From assembly GCA_965153285.1 (NCBI GenBank), contig OZ229111.1: 64,000 nucleotides of DNA; one strand, given 5' to 3'. Made by a program: the position numbers and the translations under genes. The notes beneath the pieces are model-generated. The model was given only the letters and a program-made list of their open reading frames with translations, did no database searches and had not been told where the DNA came from. Numbering within the stretch: position 1 is the first letter of the stretch; the number at the start of each line of letters is the position of its first letter. Source of the DNA: Podarcis tiliguerta (taxonomy: Eukaryota). This document shows, in pieces, positions 51,701-63,474 of the stretch.

Positions 51701-54700
51701 TCGTTCGTATGAATATTTTTATAATGTAATTTTGTGCTTTTCTTTTCTTGAAATCACTTTAAGACTCCTTTCCACTGTGTGAACCAATACAGTATCCTAT
51801 CTGCTAAGTATCCTATCCTATCTGCTAAGCTACAACATCAGACATAAGGGAGACTCATACTGAGGATGTGCAAGTTATACTGCCAACATGTAATAAACAG
51901 TAATGCACAGAACTAGGTATACCTTGGAAGTTCATTTCACTTTTCAAATGTGATAACTCTGAGTAAGTTTGTTTCTGCTGGTTTACGGCAAAGTGGAAAA
52001 CAAAGCAGCCAAAGAATTCAAGATACAAAAAAGTAGTATTCAGTAGGTCCACTTAACTTCATTGGGTAACAAGACTGTAGACCATCACTGATTGTTTTAA
52101 TCCCCAAAACATATGTTAGGCTTACCTTGTCATACATCCTGTTCAGCAGTCTTGGCACAACAGGAAATATGGTGGGACGCAGTGCTTTCATATCATCAGA
52201 CAGTAGGCGAATGTCCCCTTGGAAGAACCCAATTCGCCCGCCATGGCAATACACTACAGACTGTGATGGGAAAGGCAGAAAAATTTTTTTTTAGTTTAAT
52301 CACATACATAGGGACTATTCTTCCTGCTCATTTAAACAATGCTTTCTTAAGCATTATTTGGGTATTTATGAATAGCTCTCCTTGATCTGGGTCATTTAGT
52401 ATGGGTCATTTGGTCATAATGTTAAGATCTCAGCTGTGTGATTGGGATCAGGTTTGGATTGGCAAGCCCCAACATCGGAGGAGGAAACTGAAAGGAGACC
52501 TGAATGGTGAGATCAGGCGTTGCTAGACAGGGAATCTGGAGCCTAGAGTGCAGTATTGTTGCCTAGAAGCAGCTGCCACCTTCGCAGGAGGGAGCAGACC
52601 CACCCACCCTGAAGGAGCACATGGTTGCAATTCTGACATTCCTACAAAGTGAGTGAATCTTGTGAGTGAGCATGCCATGCCTTTAAAAGGTTAGTGGGTG
52701 GGGCATGAAACCTGTCGGGACATCTTTGTTGCTTCCATCCAGTTCTGAAAGTATTCCCTGATTCCTGAACTCTTTGTCTTCTGCTGACCTTGTACCATTA
52801 CTTGCGTGAATAAACATCTCGTCTTACTCACACATTAGGGTTTCTGGGTGTTGGGTGGGAGCCAGGACACCTACATGCAAAGGGTCTTGTACTTTTCCCA
52901 GTATATGTTAGCATAGACAATGTAATATGTGAACCAGATGATTTATGAACTGGCAGCAGCTACTGTCATTATGGTGCTTATGAAAACTGCCTCTCCGGTT
53001 GTTAATTTCTGTAGGGGAGTACTCAATGCTGCCTGTCCATTGACAGAAGGAATATCTCAGCAGAACGGGATAGGGAGGCATTTTTCTCCTCCCCACCCCT
53101 AAATCTGTTATCAAGAGCTGTCCAATTTCTAGCCTCTCTCAGAAAATAATATGTTGTTATTATTTAACCTTTGGGTCTTTCCGTTCTTTTGCATGGTAAC
53201 TGGATTAATCTCAAATTCATATAAAAGTTTCTTCAAGAGAGACCTTTATTTGTTGATATTTGTTTCCTTGCTAAAGGAAAACTACACCTGGTGCTGTGAT
53301 TCAGGCTCTGTTGGGGACAGTTTTCTTCAGACCCAGCTTTAAGTCAGTGGAATAAAAGAATGCTTATTCAGTCGTGTTTAAGTCCACTAGAAATTTCAAC
53401 ACTAGTTTTGGAGCAGTCAGTATCCCGTTATGCTGCAGCAGACAGGTTCTGCAGAAGCTGGAAGTTGGGAGATATTGTCTGGGGTGGTGCCAAAGAACTG
53501 GGGCTTGAAAATTCCCCCTGTCAAATAGCCCATGGCATTTCTGGAGTGTAAGTGTTTTTACTTTTACAGTAGACAGGCTGTAGTTGCAAACCACATTGCA
53601 GCCACTGAATCCACGGTAAAACCTAAACCATGGATGTGCACAGGCAGCATTAAGCCTCAGGCCAGGTATAGGCAAACTCAGCCTTCCAGATGTTTTGGGA
53701 CTACAACTCCCATCATTCCTGACCATTGGTCCTTTTAGCTAGGGATGATGGGAGTTGTAGTCCCAAAACATTTGGAGGGCCGAGTTTGCCTATGCCTGCT
53801 TCAGGCTCTTCCCTCTCCTCCCCTCTCTTACTTCCATGCAGCCATGAGGAGGAGTTCAAAAGCCTTCACTTTTGGTTAAGCGCTGTTTCCCATGTTGCCT
53901 AAGCCTAGAGCTGTTCTTAATGTTAACTATGGTTAGTTTAAACAATACAGCTTCAGAAACTATGCTTTGAACTGGGCTTGTGGAAACTGACCATGTTGAA
54001 ATCACTCCTTTTCTCAGACATGCAGAGGAGGAGGAGTGTGTAAGCCTGACACTGCAGCTCTGTGCAGCTTATGCGCGTCATGCTAAACTACAGTTTAGTG
54101 TGGCATAGAAATGTGACCATTAGCAGACTCATTGATCAAGGGGAATTAGTGGACTTCCACTGACACTAAGACCTTACCTGTACCATTCTCTCAAACATGT
54201 GTGCTAAAGGCAAATAGGAAATGTGTGCATCCTCATATGTAGGAGACCACTGACTCTGGAAAAAAAACAAAAACAAGGAGCCCCGCAAGGCCCGGGTCAG
54301 TCTAGACAGGTTTCTTACCTGTATCACTCTTTCAAACATGTGAGCCAAAGGCAGGAAGGAGATGAGCACATCGTCCTGTCTCGGAAAGATCACTTTCTGC
54401 AGATGAAGGGCATGGGAGACAGAAAGGAAAGAAACACTGACAGGAAGACACAACAAGAAAGTCATAAAACAATAAAAAAGAAAAATGGCACCAAGAGGAG
54501 CAAAAGGGGTAAAGATTATTAAGCGAGAAAAAAGAGAACAGTGTTTGAAGTAATGCGTTAGGCCACAACACCAATGGAACTATGTTAGCAGGAGTGGTGA
54601 AGAACACAGGGACGTATGCAGAGAGCGCTCTCCGCTGCGCAGAGCATGTGCGGAGAGCTGGGTGGTGAGCATGCCCTTCGACCAATGCGCTTGGGCTTCA

Positions 54701-57700
54701 TGTCCTCTGTCCTTGTCACTTCTGTTGCCCTGTGATATTCCAAGGTAAAGGCATAGCTCTTTTCTCCTAAGAGGTTTCCTGCAAAGGTGTCCGGTTGCTA
54801 AACAACAAAGCTGAGTGCCAACATTCACCTGAATTGGGAGCATGGGAAGCCAGTCTATCGCTCTGCACTGACTGGATGCAGATTTCCAGACTGTCAGGCA
54901 GGAGTCTTCCACAGCCCTGCGGGCAGATGCTGGGAATTGAACTGAGGACCTTTTGCATGCAAAGTGTGTCCTGCACCACTCGGCTACAGCAGATCTTTTT
55001 TGCACACCTTGTATGGCAAATGATTTAAACTTTATTTCCAAATACCCGTTTGAGCATTAGTACAGCTCAAGACCAGAAGATTGGATCATAAGGTTGACAG
55101 GATCCTCACCCCTCCCTGCCAGGATTCTTTTGCCACTAATAAGCTACCTGATAAGCAGGACTATGGCTCAGTGCTGGAACCTATGTGCTTTGCTTGCAAA
55201 AAGTTCCAGGTCCAATCCCTGGTATTTCCAGGTAGGGCTGGAAAAGATTCCTGTTTGAAATTCTGGAGAGCTGCTGCCAGTCAGTGTTAAACACTGAGCC
55301 AGACAGACCAGTGGTCGGACTCAGTTTATAAGACAGCTTCCTATGTTCTTCAGTAGAAATGTAGCAGGTGACACTTTGAGGGGATACAAAGGGAATTTGA
55401 TAACCAAAATTTAATAGATTAGACTTTTCCTACCAGGCAGCATGGCACAGAAATCCTACTAGGGAGAGAAAAAGGCAACCTTATGAACTAATCTTGCAGA
55501 CTTAAAGTATTAGATGCCTGCTATGGCTTAAATCGGCACTTGGATATCAACTTTAAATGATAATGTAACATTAGTTAATACCCAGCAGGTTTTTGCTGCC
55601 ATGATCACAAAGTTTTCTCAGTGGAAGAGGCCATCTTTTTATCTTCCTCTCTTTTGTTCATTTTTTTTTTTTAAAGGAAAGTTTGATCCACATTATCCAT
55701 AAGGACACTTGACGGGTAATTAATGTGGAATTAAACTGCTACAGAATTGTAAGCCCAGCTCGTAACACTAAACATGTTCACGAATGGCAAAAAGAATTAA
55801 GCTACCAACCTTGAAGCTACTATTTATTTATATAGGCTATGGAAATCATGGCAAACTAACTGAAACAACAGTGATCATAAATCACACATCTAAAATGTGG
55901 AGTGGTGTTTCTAATCCTGTTTAGTGATTCTAAGAACAGGACTATATAAAGTAACTTTCTTCTGGATGCATTCATCCAGGAACAGAGAGACTGATAGCAC
56001 ATGTTCCTCGATTGTACTAAACTTTCATGAACAGTCCAACACATTCTTGCTAAGGCTGGACAAATCCTTTGATGTAACAATGCTTTGATGTAGGATAATT
56101 TGATCCTATTTTTACAACCCACCATTGATTCTAGGTTCTCATTTAACCTCCAAAGACATTACATTATTTCACATTCAAACTAAGAAGAGCAATGCACAGA
56201 AGGAATCACCTGTGGCTACATTTTACAATTATATTTCCTTCTCATATTACGGTGATAACTCCTCACAGTCTTACAGGGGATTATATCCATGTAAGCCCCT
56301 ATGAATTATGACTTACATAAATACAGAAGCTGACAGCGTGGTAGGCCTCTGCCACTCAACTGAAGTTCCTCTGACTGAGTAGCTGCTGCATACCAGGATG
56401 GAGAGGGGAAGGAGCAAGATGCCACTAAGGTCAGCACAGTGCTAACGTGCCTGCAGAACTAATACAGTGCTCCTGCTGGTGCATTTGCACTGTACTGCCT
56501 TGCCACTGTCCCTCATCATCATGGTATGCAGTTGGAGGGAGGTCAGATGAGTGGCACAGCCCCACCATGCTTCCTGCTACTGCATTAATTGTAGGACCCA
56601 TGCTTTAAGAAAGCAAAAGTCAACCAGTTAGAAGAGTTGGTAAATACAATGGGAAGGACTATCTGTGCACCCAATAAGGCACTGCACGAGACCGAGGTTT
56701 TTCAGCAATGCAGATGAAGCTTTACTGTAGGAAACACATTTATGGTATATACTCCAATCTGGAGTACAGAGAGAGAGACAGACAAAGAATGATGGAAAAT
56801 GACATTCCTACTGGCAATTCTTCCAGAGCACAAAGAGAAGAAGCGTTCAAAGTTCCGTGACTCATTTTAGGTAACACAGACTGCTATCTCATTTTGAAGC
56901 TGAGGACACACCGCTCCAGCCCTGATTTGCTTCCCTCTTTCCAAAATATTTCTAACTTTATCCTCAAGTTGGGATGTTATCCTCATACAAAAGAGGATAA
57001 AGACTTAAACAAAATTCTGAAACCTTTTCTATGTAGAAAAAGACTCACTGACCATTGTAGGCTAGTATCTTAACTGATACCTGAATTATTTTGATGGATC
57101 TGGAGATTTCAGCATCCTGCAAAAAAAACACTCAACCCAGCTCTGTTTGAAAGAGTATCACCAGATGCACCAAGGCAAGGAGGACCTCTCAAAACGGCAG
57201 TTTCACATCCGGTAGCTGTTTCCACATCAAAGTAACCGATTCACCGCATGTTATACATTCTGCTGAAATTTTTTTGCAACATAAATAGATAGAATATTCA
57301 CCTCTGTCACTTTCAAAAAACCTGAAAAATCAGCAACCACATTCCCATGAGTCAGCATAGCACCTTTAGGGTTACCTGGAGAATGGAAGAAGAAAAATAC
57401 ATCAAAGGAACACTTAAGAGTTTCCAAAGTTGAATTAAAGGGAATTCCCGTTTCTTTTTCCGGACCAAAGCATAATACGGAGATGAGGAACCTGCAGCAT
57501 GCCAGATGTTTCTGGACTCTCGCCTTCCATCAGCCCCAGCCAGCAGGACCGATGGTCAGGGATGATGGGAGGAGTCCAGCACAGGTTCTCCACCACTGAT
57601 AAAGCAGAACCACCTCAGTGACCCAAACTGAGCTCTGTGCCTACATTTGAAATCCCAGCAAAGCTGTAGTTAAATCAGGATTCCCTTCCGTTATGCCTAT

Positions 57701-60356
57701 CATGCAGATGAAATTAGACTTCTGTGAACACTATTGTCATAAACAAGTCTGTCATGGAAAGACTGAAGGGAAGATTATAGTTGGTATATAGCAGAGACAA
57801 CCAGCACCACTGGACTCTCTCAGGAAACTGCCTCTGGATTATTTAGTATACAGTGACCCATAATAGGATGCACATTCTCAGCTGATTTGTTGAGCACTTT
57901 AACAATTTAAGATGCTTTAATTGCACTAGTTTTAAAGAAAGCACACTCATGGAAGGGAGGTGTAAAAAGCCCCGCGTGTAACCACAAAACGAACCTCCAG
58001 GGACCACCAGCAGTGGACCTTTTCCATTCCCTGAGGAATACTTTTCTATCTGGTATTGAAAGAGGGCACAATAAGCTTTTCCTCCAAGTGATCTCATTTT
58101 GAAGTATTTAAAGTATCATTAAAATGAACATGCTTGCTCCTGGACTACCTTGAAAAGCAAGCAGCTTTTTAATGCTTTCAAAGGTTTGTGTGTTATAGCT
58201 TTATATATCTCAAACCATTACTTCAGTATTGCTTAAGACGCTCACCGGGATTTCTCCAAAGCAATCCATTTGTTTTTTGTGTGAGGAATATGGGAGGCAG
58301 CACAATCTTGCCCCTTGCCTCAGACAGCAGTATGTTTTGGGCCAGAATTTTGTCCATAAGTGACATCTAAATTAGCAGCAATGGATCTATCATTAATTGT
58401 GTTAATACAATAACCGTGTGAACTAAAACTGCGTAGCTTGGCCCAACACCTGTAGGGCAAGTCAGAAGTGTATATGGGAAGAATGTACTCCAAGGTAAAG
58501 AACAGGGTTTGGTTCCGAGTCTCTGATTTGGACTGTGTCTCACACCCTAGATAGTCCCCGATTGATGTTTAGACTAGCAATGATAATTATATTTAAAACA
58601 TTTAGGGCTATTTTGTATGGCGTACTTCCATTCACAGAAGGCTCTTTGATCCATTGAAGGCTTCAATGAACAGGAGCGATGTTCACAAATTTCCCTTTTC
58701 TCCTACAGCCATTGCACCCTCCCTCCTGCTGTCCTGGAAGGTCCCAAGCATATTTAGGCTGCAATTTCTAGTGTTGCCACCTCAACATGACAGGAAGCAG
58801 GAAAAGAAGTCATGTTGAAGGCAAAAATGGTTTCCTGTTAGGAGAAGGAACCTAGCCCTCCCGCTGCCACAGGCTTGTTCACTCATTCATTCTTTCTCCT
58901 CTCACACAGCCACAACTAGATCAGCAGATTCCACTTTCACTTTAGATTAATTGTGGTTTAGCATTTAATACTGAACCCTAAAACTGTGCTCTGTCTTCAC
59001 CATGGCAGGTAAAAACAAACCAGCTTCATAAACTATTCATTATGTTTGTTTATTTTTCTACATTTACAGCCTACCTTTCTTTCATCATGGAACCCAAGCC
59101 AGTGTACACGTGGCTCTTTAAAACATTTAGGGCTATTTTGTATGGCATACTTCCATTCACAGAAGGCTCTTTGATCCACTGAAGGCTTCAATGAACAGGA
59201 GTGATGTTCACAAATTTCCCTTTTCTCCTACAGCCATTGCACCCTCCCTCCTGCTGTCCTGGAAGGTCCCAAGCATATTTAGGCTGCAATTTCTAGTGTT
59301 GCCACCTCAACATGGCAGGAAGCTGGAAAGAGTTTTAAAGTGATCACCCAGCCAGGCACTGACCAGAGCTGGACTTGCTTAGCTTCAGCAAGGTGGTACA
59401 TGATTTCCCCTCAGACCAGGAAGCTAAACTATGCCCTGAAGCTGGCTTACTTTTGCTAACTACCTTTAAGATTAACCACAGAATGTCTGTGTTTGGACAA
59501 TCTGGAAATCTGTGCTTAATTGCTATGGTGTAGCATTATATCTGAACTAGACCAGTGTATTGCACAACTCATACAAGAGCAAAAGCATGCTACGGAAAAC
59601 ATCACACTGACATTGTTAAATGTAAATGTGCAATGCAAGCAGCAGCACCCAGACACCTGGAGCCCTTGCATCAGATCCAGATCAAAACCAGCACACAATC
59701 CAAATGCCTAGGGAAAAATTCCATTGCTCAGTGGCCATTAAATTGGGTCAGGAAATGGCGCCAGAGTCTGTACACCCTTAGCCTAACACACACTAGGAGC
59801 ATTTTAAATTCCAAAAACTTAATATGCAAAACAAACAAGAGTTCTTGTTAAAAGATCTTCATTACCACTAGTGACTGTTTCAGCATCTTTGGAAGTAGCT
59901 AAGACTCAATCAAGAAGTTGTGTTGTTGTTTTTTTTAAAATAACTGTTAGGCTCACAGATTAATATCCCAGTACATTTCCGAGCACAATTCAAAGTGTTG
60001 GTGCTGACCTTTAAAGCCCTAAATGGCCTTGGTCCAGGATACCTGAAGGAGCATCTCCACCTCCATCGTTTTGCCCGGACACTGAGGTCCAGCACCGAGG
60101 GCCTTCTGGTGGTTCCCTCGCTGCGAGAAGCCAAGTTACAGGGAACCAGGCAGAGGGTCTTCTCAGTAGTGGCACCCGCCCTGTGGAATGCCCTCCCACC
60201 AGATGTCAAAGAGAAAAATAACTACCAAACTTTTAGAAGACATCTGAAGGCAGCTCTGTTTAGGGAAGCTTTTAATGTTTAATAGGTTATTGTATTTTAG
60301 TGTTTTGTTGGAAGCTACCCAGAGTGGCTGGGGAAACCCAGCCAGATGGGCGGGGT

Positions 60357-60393
<37 letters not shown>

Positions 60394-63300
60394 GTGAATT
60401 TCTGAGAAAGGAGAATAAATGTAAAGATTATTTGTGTTATATTTTATGCCTTGCCTCAAACAAGAAAAAGTCAGCAAGTCAGCTTCTTCAGTCATGGCAA
60501 TTCATAACTTTTTTTCTTTGGGGGTGGCTGTGTCCAACCTCAACTCTTAAGTACCGGTATGTCTTGCCACTATAGAATACAGTATCACCTTATCATTTGT
60601 CATCTTACTGGAATCAGTTATTCCGACCCCGTCAGAATTAATGTCATAAAAATTAGTAGATAGCTTCTTGGATCACTTGGATACAACCATTTAGTTATGG
60701 CAGGTTTTCAGAAGGGACATTTGGCACAGTTTTGAAAGAACTGTCACAATCATCATACAATGCTCTTTGTTTTCTATCAAAGTCAATTCCTATGAGGGGC
60801 TAGTTCCTAAGTTTATGGTGGTGGACAATATGCCTGCATCCTCTGGCTGGAAAGGCTTAAGGAGAAAGATACAAGCAGAGATATTTTTTTCCAGGGCGGC
60901 AGCATTTCATTGTTTCTGTTATCTTTAGTTTTCTAGTGCTTTTTTTTTTTTTTTTACTTCCTGCTGGGTAACATTGGATCCTGACTAAGTTACTCAGGAT
61001 AAAGCCCATGGATATTGGCAGTGATCTGTTTGTAGTTCTCATTCTGCCCTGCTCGAAAATGAGGCGGGATTGGCTGCATGGTTAAAATAATCAGAAGCCG
61101 CAAACAGGAGTTGATATATATATTTTTACATTAGTGAACATTTCAAGTGATAAGAAACTTTGGCTCATTAGCTGTAATGGTTCAGCTAGGTTGACTTTTA
61201 TTTATTTTTTAATAGTAAACTTAATAAGCAATGTTAAACTAAAACTAGTGATATCCTCAGAGAATTCTGCATACATGTTTCTATTATTTTTCAAAATGCA
61301 ATGAATAAATTTAAGTAACTTACAAAGCAGCAGTCTGTCTGTTTATCATCTGCCAGTGTTCTACAATTTGTATAGTAGTATATTTTCATATCCTTTCTGG
61401 TATATATGAAATATGTTTTAAAATATACACATAACTTAAATTTACATACATCTGATATCTATTTACATATTATTTTAATGGAATCAAAATGCTTTTCTGT
61501 ACAATGTCACCATTATTAAGGCCCAAGGAAAACTGTTGCAAAACTGGTCAAGTTTACCTGTAGTGCCACTAGTAAAACAGACTATCGATAGATCTTCTGG
61601 TCGAGGAGGCTAGAAAAGTCATGGAAGAAAAAGAAATGTCTTAGTTCATTTATTTTACTTATTTATATGATTTACACCCCAGCCTTCCTTCCCAAGGAGA
61701 GCAGGGAGCTCCTTGTACATTGCTTATCTATTTTTAACCTTACAGTGCAGGTTTGAGACAAATTATGATGCTTTCGCACTGTGTGAATTCTTTGTCCCTC
61801 TGGCCAAAGTATTTTGTTCCAAGCATACGAAGCAGATTACTTTCTTTGAATAACTTGCCATGCAGGAGTGCTGGGCTGCAATCATATGCACACATAGCTG
61901 GGACTAAGTCCCACTAGATGCAATGGGACTTACCTCTGAGTAAGAGATTGTACTCAGGGCTGGCCCATGATATTTAGCCACTTGAGGGAAATCATAAATT
62001 GGTGCCCTCAGCTCCCTCCTCCTCCTCCTCTGTCACCTGAGGCGACTGGAAGTGGTGCAGGGAAGCTCCAGCACATTGAAGGTGTCAAGGGAGGAAAAAA
62101 TAGAGTCTGAAGAGGAGCAGGCAGTGGCAGAGGGACCTTCGCCCTCAGGGGCAACTGGGATGGCAGTAACTCCTATCTGCAGCCGGAGGAGGAGCAGCAA
62201 AGGTATGCGAAGGATCTGCTGCCAGCCTGCGGCCTCAGCGAGGCTAATTAACAAGCCGATCCTGTTTGTACTGTTAGTTTAAGTGATTCCCAGCATTCTA
62301 GCAGCTCTGGTGCTGCTGTTTGAACTTAGGTAGTTGGGTAGTAGTCATTTCCTCAGAGTTCACTGCTTTATTTTTTCTCAGCTGATACTTCATGTGAGAA
62401 AAATTCAGAATTTTTAATTTCTGCCCCACAGTGGATCACTTTGTAGTCTCTGATCATATTGAATGTTTAAGCACTCAATTTGTTTACCCAGGGTGCTTTG
62501 TAATGAAGAAGGGGCCTTTGTAATAACTGCTTCGGTGGCCACCTCTAGCATGTCGTTTGGCTAGGCACTTATCTGTACTAGACTATATTTACCAAGTGTC
62601 TTACCCTTCCCCATCTTACTGCCATTTTACTTATCACATGCCTTGTCCATTAAGCTGAAATATTCCAAAAAAGAAAAGAAAAAAGGGACCCAGTGGCAAA
62701 CTTCTAATACACAGCAAGAAACGTGGCCAATTGTGCTTTTCACAAGTAACTTCGATTCCATTTAAAACCACATGGTACTTAAATATGAGAATCATCTACA
62801 AAGACCCCTGCACCAGCTTTCATTAAAACAAATGGGCCATGCACAAGGACGGAGACAGGCTGTTCTGCAGCTTTCATTCATTTCAGTTATGCTTGCACAG
62901 GAGACGTTTGTGGTAAATTGTGCTCATTGTTCATGAGGAAATGTTCAGTGTGGAATAAAAGGGATTATACTCACTACAGGGGCACGCCGACTTTCTCGAC
63001 CACAGTCCTGAAAGGATTTAATAAAAAGGAGAGCAATTTAATATATGTGGATTGGCCAAAGGCCTTTAGCCCTGCTGCAGGAAGGTGGCTAACCTAGTGC
63101 CCTTTAGATGTTGCTGGAATATCATCCTTGACCATTGGCCATGCTGGCTGGGGGTCCCAACAACATCTGGAAGGCCAGAGGTTAGCCACCCATGCTATAG
63201 CCTGTGGATTGGCCCACTTTCTTGAGTCACCAGGGCTACGCTTTCTGCAGATGCCTTTCTGCAGTGTGCCTCTCATTTGCTTGTGTCATGTTGTAATATC

Positions 63301-63436
63301 AGATGGCGACAAATAAGAGGAAAAACTGTTTGCACAATGAAAAGCATAGACATAAAAAATAATCACCTCTTATTATTATTACTTTGGCCATTTTGATTGT
63401 CCATCAGTGCATTTTATATTTGTGCTAGTCCAAGTC

Positions 63437-63474
<38 letters not shown>

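Noticed and set aside
54166-54465. Apparent single ORF with a tandem LPLAHMFER duplication
   Set aside because: Explained by two mutually exclusive exons plus an in-frame 63-nt intron; not a separate gene.
54580-55041. 153-aa minus-strand ORF in the ACSL6 intron
   Set aside because: Runs through a Squam3 SINE and regulatory intron sequence; no protein similarity.
59341-59417. 5S rRNA-like sequence
   Set aside because: Partial and diverged with a SINE-type tail; not a functional rRNA gene.
59995-60282. 95-aa ORF
   Set aside because: C-terminal remnant of L2 LINE ORF2, not a host gene.
62033-62282. Overlapping GC-rich ORFs on both strands
   Set aside because: No homology or usable splice context; probably a repeat fragment in an ACSL6 intron.
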